Virus record (IMG/VR): IMGVR_UViG_3300028126_000005
Location: 1-56,078 of that record
Strand: one strand, 5' to 3'
Length of the DNA: 56,078 bases
From: a virus
Lineage: Duplodnaviria; Caudoviricetes
Positions 9,481 to 18,037 of the stretch are shown here, piece by piece (the stretch's first letter is position 1; each line of letters opens with the position of its first letter). A program made the position numbers and the translations under genes. Below the pieces are notes generated by a model, which saw only the letters and a list, made by a program, of their open reading frames with translations, was not told where the DNA came from and searched no databases.

Positions 9481-11205
9481 TTACTTTTTTGTTTTATTGT
9501 TTTTATTTTTATTTTCGTATACTGGTGAGAAAACATTCTTTTTAGGTTCTTCCTCATAAACCGGAGTTTCATTTTTTAAAGCATCTACCTCTGCTTGTGA
9601 TATTGTTCTTATTTTAGGTACATCTAAACCTCTAGTAAAACCAGCTTTTACTACTGGTCTTAAGTCTTTATTGAAAGCGTTTTCTATAGATGGTGCTATA
9701 AATCCTCCTACTTTTAATCCTTCTTCATTTCTTATTTCTCCAATAGAATCATATATCTTTTGAATCTTTCCTCTTGTCTTATCATAAAAAGATTCTATCT
9801 CTGTTACTATATTTTCTAAAGCTATAATAGTTTCTTTCATCCCTTGAAATGATGAATACTCTTCTGCATACTTAGCTAATTGGTTAGTAGCAGCTTCATT
9901 TACATTTCCTTCTTCTAAAATTTTAGTAATGATTGCTTTTATATTTTCTTTAACTAAAGCTACTGTACCTTTCTTTTCTTCTAAATAATCCATTTCGATC
10001 ATTTCTACCCAATCGTCTGAGTTAAATTTTTTACTACCTCTACCTGCTTCGTCAGCGAAAAAGTTTTTAATTCCGTCAAAAGCATCTTCGAAATCTTCAT
10101 CATCTATTTGATCTCCTAATCCTGCTCTAACTGCTGCTTTGAAATCAGGCGGTACTTGCTCTAATTCATTTCTATCTCCTGACCAATTCCATATAACATT
10201 ATTAGGTGAAAGTTCTTGTACGTTTCCTTTCTCTTCTTCGAAATTATAAGTATCTGCAGCATCGCTTCTATTTATAGCTTCATACTCTTTAATGTAGTGT
10301 TCCCATTGACTTTTGTAAGCATAATCAAATACATTAGATTGACCTGTCTGGTCTTGTAACTCTCTTTCGTCTTGTTTATAAGTTTCACTAGACATATAGT
10401 CTTCTAATATGTCGTTATATTTTTTATCGAAAATGATACTAAAGAATTCATATTCGTGTTCATCGACTATATTGCCGTCTCCTTCGTTTGCTTTAGTATA
10501 GTTACTATCTTTATCTTCTTTCTCCTTACCAAATCTATCAATATTCATTACTTCATCTGGTTCTTCTGCTATTACTGCTTTCATTGCTTCTACTTTTTCA
10601 GCAGAGCTAGCAGCTTCTTCTCTCTCCATTTCTCTAAGCTTATCTGCAGCAGCTTGTAATGTAGCTACTTCTACTCCTAACTTTTCAGCTAAATCGCTCA
10701 TTTTTCCTTCTTTAAGTAGTTTAGCAAGCTCTTCTTTATTTTCTTTTAAGTTAGATTTCTTTAAACCGTTAAATACATCTACCTTACCTTCTCCTCTTTT
10801 AACTTCTACTTCCTTATCGTGTTTGTCAACTTTAGATGATTCTCCTGAGACTAACATAATATAATGAAGGGGGTCTTTCTTAAGGTTCTTCATTACTATA
10901 CCTTTGCAGTGGCTAACATCATCCGGGTTAGAAGCATCTTTACCTCTAGCTTGAATCTCATATCTAACACCTCTATCTATAGAGTCAGGAGATATATTTA
11001 ACTCAGCTCTAGAATCATATGAATCAATCGCTGTCTTTTCATGAATTAATCCTCTATTCTTAAGAATTTGTACTGAGGTGTCATATCCGTTGAATTGGCT
11101 AATGACTGATGGATATGCCATACGCATATCTCTTAAGAAGTTTGCTTTAGACAGTTGACCTTCGTTAACTGCTCTATATTTTTCTGTTGCTGTTACCTTT
11201 CTCAT
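9481..11205 (-). CDS. Large acidic modular probable head-internal protein
   Basis: 574 aa in the head cluster with repeated [LVI]xE sites. Confidence 0.6.
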   Translation of the reverse strand: MRKVTATEKYRAVNEGQLSKANFLRDMRMAYPSVISQFNGYDTSVQILKNRGLIHEKTAIDSYDSRAELNISPDSIDRGVRYEIQARGKDASNPDDVSHCKGIVMKNLKKDPLHYIMLVSGESSKVDKHDKEVEVKRGEGKVDVFNGLKKSNLKENKEELAKLLKEGKMSDLAEKLGVEVATLQAAADKLREMEREEAASSAEKVEAMKAVIAEEPDEVMNIDRFGKEKEDKDSNYTKANEGDGNIVDEHEYEFFSIIFDKKYNDILEDYMSSETYKQDERELQDQTGQSNVFDYAYKSQWEHYIKEYEAINRSDAADTYNFEEEKGNVQELSPNNVIWNWSGDRNELEQVPPDFKAAVRAGLGDQIDDEDFEDAFDGIKNFFADEAGRGSKKFNSDDWVEMIEMDYLEEKKGTVALVKENIKAIITKILEEGNVNEAATNQLAKYAEEYSSFQGMKETIIALENIVTEIESFYDKTRGKIQKIYDSIGEIRNEEGLKVGGFIAPSIENAFNKDLRPVVKAGFTRGLDVPKIRTISQAEVDALKNETPVYEEEPKKNVFSPVYENKNKNNKTKK

Positions 11206-11441
11206 AAGTAATCAAATCCTTTAGTATGTGATGGCCTTTTAGGACGTTCTTGTCTTTTCCAGCCTAGTTTTTTTAATAATTTTGTTGCTCTATTACCTTT
11301 GCTAGATTTACCGAAAGCATTAGGAGTTGCATATTGAGCTCCTTGTCCTGGTGTAAACGTAGCAGATCCTCCTGTCACATTTGCTTCGTCTAATTCTAAC
11401 ATTACCTCTCGAACTAGTTTTCTTAGTTCTGATCGTTTCAT
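11202..11441 (-). CDS. Small probable head-internal protein
   Basis: Leader MKRSELRKLVREVMLELDE followed by a YATPNAF module and basic tail. Confidence 0.65.
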   Translation of the reverse strand: MKRSELRKLVREVMLELDEANVTGGSATFTPGQGAQYATPNAFGKSSKGNRATKLLKKLGWKRQERPKRPSHTKGFDYL

Positions 11442-12292
11442 AAACTTTTAAGTTCCTGAACTAAATCGTAATATTGCATTAGATTAACTAAATGACTATC
11501 ATTAATCTTTTCTTTATTTGAAACTGGTTTAATAAATTTCTGAATTTCATTAAGTTTAATCTTAACTACTTTATCAGAAACTTTACTAGCCATTTTTGCT
11601 ACTTCTTCTTTTATCTTAGCAAGTTCTTCATTAACAATAGTGCGTAAACGTGTACCTGAATTAACTGCTGTAATAAATTCTTTAAGTATATTTTTTTGTT
11701 GAGGTAAAAGATCTATATATTTCGAGTTAAATTTTTCTAGTAGAATTTTAAATGTAAGTAATCTTAAATCTTTATCATACTTAGAAAAATCTTCTATAAT
11801 CGTGTCTTTTACGTCTTTTTTATTTTGAGAAGCAGAAGTTAGATGCTCTAATATAGTAGTCTTATTATTTACTAATATTTGAGGATCTATTAATTTTGTA
11901 TTATTTTGTGCTTCTAGTAAACAGTATAATGCTGCAAAAGGTTTATAATTACTAACCTGTATGCTAAAAAAATCTTCTATATTATAATTTTCTTTTATTT
12001 CTGAAATGAGAGCGTATTTCTGTTTATTAAGTCTTTTTTGATTAATAGTTCTTGATATCTCTGTAATAGTAGAAACTATAGCTTCTGCTTTAGATTGAGA
12101 TACATTAACGTTTTTAGAAATAAACTCGTATAATTTAAACTCTTTAGCAAGAGATGTCTTACCTGAATAGTGCTTTTTAATAATATTAACTGCTGCTGAG
12201 TCCTTATTATTTAAAGTATCTGAAGCTACTTGTTTTACTAGTAGTTCAAATATAAGGCCAGTATTTCGAAATTTCGAGTGTTTTATTTTCAT
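11438..12292 (-). CDS. Helical hypothetical protein of the head-assembly cluster
   Basis: 284-aa ORF directly downstream of portal, with its own TATTTAT motif. Confidence 0.65.
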   Translation of the reverse strand: MKIKHSKFRNTGLIFELLVKQVASDTLNNKDSAAVNIIKKHYSGKTSLAKEFKLYEFISKNVNVSQSKAEAIVSTITEISRTINQKRLNKQKYALISEIKENYNIEDFFSIQVSNYKPFAALYCLLEAQNNTKLIDPQILVNNKTTILEHLTSASQNKKDVKDTIIEDFSKYDKDLRLLTFKILLEKFNSKYIDLLPQQKNILKEFITAVNSGTRLRTIVNEELAKIKEEVAKMASKVSDKVVKIKLNEIQKFIKPVSNKEKINDSHLVNLMQYYDLVQELKSL

Positions 12293-12305
12293 TATACACG
12301 TTTAC

Positions 12306-12318
12306 TATTATAAATATG
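12306..12318 (-). promoter_or_regulatory. Putative late promoter (sense CATATTTATAATA)
   Basis: TATTTATA motif in a 28-nt intergenic gap. Confidence 0.6.
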
Positions 12319-12320
12319 GA

Positions 12321-14222
12321 CTATTTCCCTAAATCTTTTATATTGTCTTCATCTAGTAGTCCTGCCTCGTTTATAGTTTGTTTTTTGAAAACTATATCTT
12401 TCAACGCTTCTTTATTTTTATGGTAAACAGCATTTGTTGTTAGATTTTCAGAAACATTTTCATTATCCGAAGGATATCCACCTTTCATACCATGTTGACC
12501 TAAAGGATCACGTCCTCCTAAGCCATCGTTAGTCCCGTAGACTGAAGCTTTTTCAACTGGTCTTCCACCTTCAGGACCTGGCTGGCCCCATTCTGGTTCA
12601 GATTCAGTTTCAGAGTATCCTGTAGGTAAAGCTTGAGGCTCACCGCCTTTTGGTGTAGCAGTAGATCTTCTACCGTACATAGATGCTAGATCATGCGGTG
12701 TACCGTAAGTCATACCAGATTTAGCTGGATCGTTACCTTCTGCTTCTATTTGAGCTAATCTAAATACTCTCTTAATATCTTCTCTAACTAGGTCTCTCAT
12801 TTCCATATACTTATCTTCTGACATATCAAATATGTTTTCATATATGTAATCTGATGAGAATAACTTAGTATCTTTCATTTGTGAAGCTAAATCTATCTTT
12901 TCTTTAAGTAGTGCTATCTTCTCTTGTTCGAATATGATAGATGGAGTTGTAAGTTTAACTTCGAAATTAGTTAATGATTCTCCTGTAAAACCTTGTGTGT
13001 ATAAATGTACTAGAGCTATCTTAGTTAACTCTGATTCCATTATTTTTTGTAATCTTTCAACCGTTCTTGCAAATCTAATATCTTCTGCAGCTAATGTTGC
13101 TTTGCCTTGTAAGTCGCCTTCGTAACCAAAGTACGCTTTAGGAATTTTAAGAGCTGCAAACATTTTAGATTGTAGATACTGTACGTCGTTTGTTCCGTCG
13201 TAATCTAATCCTTTAGTAGTTTCAATCTTTGTAGAAGTATCTCCTCCTCTAACTGGTAGGTAGAAATCTTCCATCATATTCTGCATATTGAAACGTAAAT
13301 TATACTGTCCATCCTCTCCTATATAAGGAGTCTTTTTCATAGTATTAATAGTCTTTTGCATGAATTGCTCTACTTCATTAGGAGGTATAGAACCTACATT
13401 TATATAGAACATTCTCTTTTCTGGAGCTCTCATTATTCTATGAATTAACATAGCATCCTCCATTAGAGTAACTTGTTTAAATATTTTTCTAGCTGGTTCT
13501 AAATAAGAGCGTCCATAAGGTAGGTAGTTAGTATCAGATATTAATCTAAAATGAGCTATTTCATAATTATCAAATCTTACTTGACTTGACTTACCGTCTC
13601 TTTTAGGTAAGAAGTTAGGGTTTTGAGATGCAGCAATTCCTTCTGGATCTAATACAAATTCTACTTTAGATAGATTTTCAGGATCTAATCCTTCTTCTCT
13701 AACCATATGATAAACTGTATATGGAAGTACATTATAAACTCCAAATTTCTCTGCAACTTCTAACTTTAAGAAGAAGTCTCCATACTTACACATATTACGT
13801 GTCCAGGACCATAAATTAAATTCTATATTAAGAACATCGTAAAATAAGTTATAAAGTACCTTTTGTATATTTTCATCAGAAGATTTTATTGCTAAAATTT
13901 CACCATTATCATTTTTTAGTGTAGCTTCATCTGCTAAAATATCTAATGCTGAGGCTATAATTGGATCTGTATCCATAGCTTCATAATCAGAATATAATTG
14001 TATTCTTAACGTTTGATAGTTAAGATTAGGATTAAAGATATTTTTATTATTATGAATATATAATCTACTAAATCTATCAACTAAGGAATTAGTTTGAAAT
14101 TTACCAGTAGTTTGTATTTGATTTACATCAGCAATTTTTAATTGATCTCCTCCTATATTACGTATAACTACGTCATTAGAAAAGAGTCTTTGTAATCTGC
14201 CAAATAAGGATTTGTCTGCCAT
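12321..14222 (-). CDS. gp20: Portal protein (T4 gp20 family)
   Basis: GRSYLEPARK..LMEDAMLIHRIMRAPEKRMFYINVG, EDFYLPVRGG, EDIRFAR. Confidence 0.96.
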   Translation of the reverse strand: MADKSLFGRLQRLFSNDVVIRNIGGDQLKIADVNQIQTTGKFQTNSLVDRFSRLYIHNNKNIFNPNLNYQTLRIQLYSDYEAMDTDPIIASALDILADEATLKNDNGEILAIKSSDENIQKVLYNLFYDVLNIEFNLWSWTRNMCKYGDFFLKLEVAEKFGVYNVLPYTVYHMVREEGLDPENLSKVEFVLDPEGIAASQNPNFLPKRDGKSSQVRFDNYEIAHFRLISDTNYLPYGRSYLEPARKIFKQVTLMEDAMLIHRIMRAPEKRMFYINVGSIPPNEVEQFMQKTINTMKKTPYIGEDGQYNLRFNMQNMMEDFYLPVRGGDTSTKIETTKGLDYDGTNDVQYLQSKMFAALKIPKAYFGYEGDLQGKATLAAEDIRFARTVERLQKIMESELTKIALVHLYTQGFTGESLTNFEVKLTTPSIIFEQEKIALLKEKIDLASQMKDTKLFSSDYIYENIFDMSEDKYMEMRDLVREDIKRVFRLAQIEAEGNDPAKSGMTYGTPHDLASMYGRRSTATPKGGEPQALPTGYSETESEPEWGQPGPEGGRPVEKASVYGTNDGLGGRDPLGQHGMKGGYPSDNENVSENLTTNAVYHKNKEALKDIVFKKQTINEAGLLDEDNIKDLGK

Positions 14223-14235
14223 TATGGTACAGTTT

Positions 14236-14250
14236 TATATATAAATAGTT
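14236..14250 (-). promoter_or_regulatory. Putative late promoter (sense AACTATTTATATATA)
   Basis: TATTTATA motif; leader TATAAAACTGTA shared with the neck-gene copy. Confidence 0.65.
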
Positions 14251-15825
14251 CTATTTTAACAGCCAGCGAATATCTTCTTGTCCAAAGGCTGTCTTAGTAA
14301 GATAAGGATTTTCTCTCTGATTTCCAACATTTTTCATAATAGCTTTGTTTTGAGAGTTTAAATTAGTAAAAGAAGAAAGTTGAGCCCTAGCTAAATCCAT
14401 TCCTTGCTGTCTTAATCTAAGTGCTGTATCTCTTACATACAGTGCAGTTGCACATGCAATAAGTAAATCATCGTTATATCTATCTTGAGCTTGTGCTTTT
14501 CCATTCTTCCATACAAATACTCTCATTTCAGATAATAATCTTTTAGATTGTATAGTAACAGACTTCTCTCTTATATACTCTATCATTTTAGCAATAACTA
14601 AAGGTCTAGTTCTAGCTGACATAGTAAATCCGGGTACAAGTTTATCTCTTTCAAACTTAGACATATAAGACTCTACTGATTCCATATTAGCTGTAGAACT
14701 ATAATAGATGTTTCTATACTCTCTTTCGAGTAGTTGTTCTATGGTAGCCCATCCAATATTAGCGTTTTCTACTACTAATAATGCTTCGTTATATTCAGAA
14801 GCTATTCCAACTAAAAAATTACCGAAGTCTTTAGGAGATAGTTTACCTTTATATTCAGCAACTTGTGTACATGTCTCTATATCGAATATATGAAATGCTG
14901 AGTAGTCAGTTGCATCTCCTCTAGCGACATCTGCTACAACCATATAAGACTTAGAGTAGTCTACACCTTCCCAAACCCATAAGTTACCATCTATTCCTCT
15001 TCTCTCTAATGGATCTTTTAGGTATGTTTGTTCGTAATAAGACATGTCATCTGGTTCGAAAACAGTATCTCCAGATGCTAAGAAATCACAATCACATTCC
15101 TGACCGGCCATTCTAGGTCCTAAATCAGAGTTCTGTTGTTCTCTCCACGATTGATCTCTTTCTGGATGAACAGTCCATGGTAGTCTTATAGGTAAGAAGC
15201 TATTCTCGCTTGACTCTGCTTTCTCCCATGTTAAGTGAAACCAGTTACCAATACCATTAGGAGTAGATAGTGCCATACATTGTCCACCTGTAGCAAGTGT
15301 TTGCTGTGCAGCAGTAAAGGTCTCCTCAATGTTATCTATAAAGGCAGCCTCATCTATCAGTAAGAGTGATACCGCTTCAGAACGTGCAGCATCTGCATTC
15401 GATGATTTAGCTGTTATTTTTGAGCCATTTTTCAATCTTAGAGATAATTTGTTTTTCTCCTTAGCAGGTAACTTTAACCATCTTGGTAACTCATCATACA
15501 TAAACATAGTCTTAGATACTAAGTTACGTGCAGTTGCTTGTGTTGTTGCTAATGCTAAAACGTTTTTATCTTTATGAAATAACATTAGCCATAAGCTATA
15601 TGCTGCAGCTAGAGTTGAAATACCTAACTGTCTAGATTTTAAAGTTATAATATATTGATGATCTTTAAATAGATTAAGAACTTTTCCCTGAAAAGGGTAT
15701 AGGTTAAAAAGGATACGTCCTCTAGTTGGATGCTGTATGTAGCAGTACTTCTTCATGAAGTACGCCGGATCTTTAGCGCACTTTAAATATTCCTGTGCTA
15801 TTATCTTTTTTATGTTCTGTGCCAT
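14251..15825 (-). CDS. gp17: Terminase large subunit (T4 gp17 family)
   Basis: YPFQ, KSRQLGIST (Walker A variant), LLLIDEAAF (Walker B), STPNG, ADVARG, DDLL nuclease motifs. Confidence 0.96.
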   Translation of the reverse strand: MAQNIKKIIAQEYLKCAKDPAYFMKKYCYIQHPTRGRILFNLYPFQGKVLNLFKDHQYIITLKSRQLGISTLAAAYSLWLMLFHKDKNVLALATTQATARNLVSKTMFMYDELPRWLKLPAKEKNKLSLRLKNGSKITAKSSNADAARSEAVSLLLIDEAAFIDNIEETFTAAQQTLATGGQCMALSTPNGIGNWFHLTWEKAESSENSFLPIRLPWTVHPERDQSWREQQNSDLGPRMAGQECDCDFLASGDTVFEPDDMSYYEQTYLKDPLERRGIDGNLWVWEGVDYSKSYMVVADVARGDATDYSAFHIFDIETCTQVAEYKGKLSPKDFGNFLVGIASEYNEALLVVENANIGWATIEQLLEREYRNIYYSSTANMESVESYMSKFERDKLVPGFTMSARTRPLVIAKMIEYIREKSVTIQSKRLLSEMRVFVWKNGKAQAQDRYNDDLLIACATALYVRDTALRLRQQGMDLARAQLSSFTNLNSQNKAIMKNVGNQRENPYLTKTAFGQEDIRWLLK

Positions 15826-15830
15826 AACTT

Positions 15831-16952
15831 TTATTCTTCATCTCCTTTTACTGAACTAGTATCTGGGTCTTGTTCATCTATTTCGCCGACTCCTTTTTTA
15901 AATACATTAGGAGCTAGAGCATTGAATCTGATTGGTGAACAAAATGAAGTTGGTTTTGTTTTTATAAATGCTAACCCTTGTTCTAAATTAACTGATAAGT
16001 ATTTACCAAAAGGGGATATTTTAGGATTAGAGTTTATAAAAATGATATGCTGTACGCCTTCTCTTTTCCAATAGCTTTCAAAGTATACCTGTCTCATAAC
16101 TACTGCAAGATCACCTAAGTTACTTGAAGTAATTAAATTAACTGAGTCTTGATATATTCCTCTAAGGTCGTCTCTAAGGGTATTTGCTATAGTATCATTA
16201 GGTATACCTGCTTTTGCAAGACCTGCTGCTATAGCTTCTGGAGCATTATATACGTTGGTTTTACCAAACTTATCATTCGGTACTCCTGAACGTTCGGCAA
16301 GCTCTTGAATTTTAATTCCTCCTGTAAATGCATGATCTCTTTTTCCTAATCTAGCTGCTGTTCCTTTAACCTCTAAATATCCATTCCAATCTAAATCTCC
16401 AGCTTCTCCTTTCATCATTTTTACATCTTTACATAAAGTAGCTAATGCTAATTCTGCTTTACCTACTCCTCTTCCTTCTTCTTGACCACCAAGATTAATT
16501 AAAGAAACGACAGAATTTTTAGAGACTATACCGTCTAATTTATCAACTAAATTACCAGATACACCTAGAGCTCCAAATCCTGGTAGCTTATCTAGGTTTT
16601 CTAAGAATTTATCTAAATCATTATTTTTAGATAATATATTAAAAATTGTATCAGGAGCGTTAAAATCACTTATCGTACCGTCATCTATTTGTTTAGATGC
16701 GATATATTCATTAAAAGGTCCTCTATGAGTTCTATGATTAACATATCTATTTAGGTACTCTATAGCCTCAGAATCATCTGCAATTTTTCCTAAATTTTGT
16801 TTAAGTAATTCTAATGGAGAAGGTTCTTTATCTTCAGTAAGCTCTAAAATAAGCCTATCTAATATAGCTTTATCTTCCGGATTATTCATGTCCGGTACAC
16901 CTGTTTTAGTCCTCCAGGCCCATTCAGTATATAATTTATCTGTAATGTTCAT
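15831..16952 (-). CDS. Hypothetical protein with PD-(D/E)XK nuclease-like motif
   Basis: GKAE...GDLDWNGYLEVKG fits the E...D...ExK pattern. Confidence 0.5.
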   Translation of the reverse strand: MNITDKLYTEWAWRTKTGVPDMNNPEDKAILDRLILELTEDKEPSPLELLKQNLGKIADDSEAIEYLNRYVNHRTHRGPFNEYIASKQIDDGTISDFNAPDTIFNILSKNNDLDKFLENLDKLPGFGALGVSGNLVDKLDGIVSKNSVVSLINLGGQEEGRGVGKAELALATLCKDVKMMKGEAGDLDWNGYLEVKGTAARLGKRDHAFTGGIKIQELAERSGVPNDKFGKTNVYNAPEAIAAGLAKAGIPNDTIANTLRDDLRGIYQDSVNLITSSNLGDLAVVMRQVYFESYWKREGVQHIIFINSNPKISPFGKYLSVNLEQGLAFIKTKPTSFCSPIRFNALAPNVFKKGVGEIDEQDPDTSSVKGDEE

Positions 16953-18037
16953 TATGCTTCTGGTTCTTCTCCAGGATCTTCAAAGTCTATTGGTTCGTCG
17001 GTTAAGTCAGCTCCACCTTCTTCTCCTCCTGCATCATCAGGTTCTCCTAAATCTTCTTCTCCTCCTCCAGCTGCATCATCTCCAGGAAAGTCGCCTCCGC
17101 CACCTCCACCGCCTCCGGTGTCAGTATCTGCCGGTTCTCCTTCTCCTGCTCCAGACATTGGTGCTTCTCTGTATAGTAAAGCTAATTTATCTAATGCTTG
17201 TTGGTAATCTGCTATGTTAGAAAGAGTATACCTTTTACCCATTATTTGAGCTTCGAAAGATTTACCTGTCCATTTTAAAATATAGTCCTGTCCGTTTTTA
17301 AGGTTTACTCTGAAAGATGAAGGTCTTGGAGATATCCAATCTATACTCTCTACGAATTCTTTAAAGTCTTCTGTTTGTAGTTTAATAAGAGCAGCTTTTA
17401 CTGTAGGAAATTTGCCAAGTATTTTATCTGTAGCATCTTCTAATACTGTATCTTCTGGAGCTTCTGTATCTGGTTCTTCTTCTGGTTGTGGTTCATCTTC
17501 TACTTCATCAAGTAAACTCTCATTAACATATTTAACTTCTTCTTTTATTAGTTTACCGTGTTCAGTAAACATAGTTGTAAGTTCAGAAAGCTGGCGTCTC
17601 ATTTTCATAAGCTCATATTGATCAGGTCTTTCTGTCCTTAAGTATCGCTGTAATTTTCTAAAATTAGTTTTTATAAGTTCAAATAATTCTCTTGCATTTT
17701 TATCGGTTCTAACATCTTTATTATTCATTAAAGATCTTATATCATTAATAATACCAGAAAAGTTTTTATATAAACCTTCAAAAGAAGGTAAACTAATTAC
17801 TTTATGACCTATATTACCAGTAGTATCGTCAACATCACTAGTTTTAAAATAAGTTTTCATATCAGAAGATAAGAAATCTTTATCAGGCCATCTAGAAATA
17901 CCATATCTTTTTTCTATACTTTTTCTTAAAGCAGGCGGTATTTCATCTAATCCTTTAGTAGTTCTTTCATCTCGTTCGACTTCTAAAAGAGAAGAGTAAG
18001 TCTCTAAAATAATTTTTTCTAATTTAGCTTTATTCAT
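16952..18037 (-). CDS. Modular probable head-internal protein with acidic Gly-rich tail
   Basis: Leader MNKAKLEKIILE; ATG at 18037 overlaps the upstream stop and is preferred to 18046. Confidence 0.6.
   Translation of the reverse strand: MNKAKLEKIILETYSSLLEVERDERTTKGLDEIPPALRKSIEKRYGISRWPDKDFLSSDMKTYFKTSDVDDTTGNIGHKVISLPSFEGLYKNFSGIINDIRSLMNNKDVRTDKNARELFELIKTNFRKLQRYLRTERPDQYELMKMRRQLSELTTMFTEHGKLIKEEVKYVNESLLDEVEDEPQPEEEPDTEAPEDTVLEDATDKILGKFPTVKAALIKLQTEDFKEFVESIDWISPRPSSFRVNLKNGQDYILKWTGKSFEAQIMGKRYTLSNIADYQQALDKLALLYREAPMSGAGEGEPADTDTGGGGGGGGDFPGDDAAGGGEEDLGEPDDAGGEEGGADLTDEPIDFEDPGEEPEA

Noticed and set aside
14251-15825. Intein or intron in terminase
   Set aside because: The ORF is continuous, of normal length, and shows no splicing motifs.
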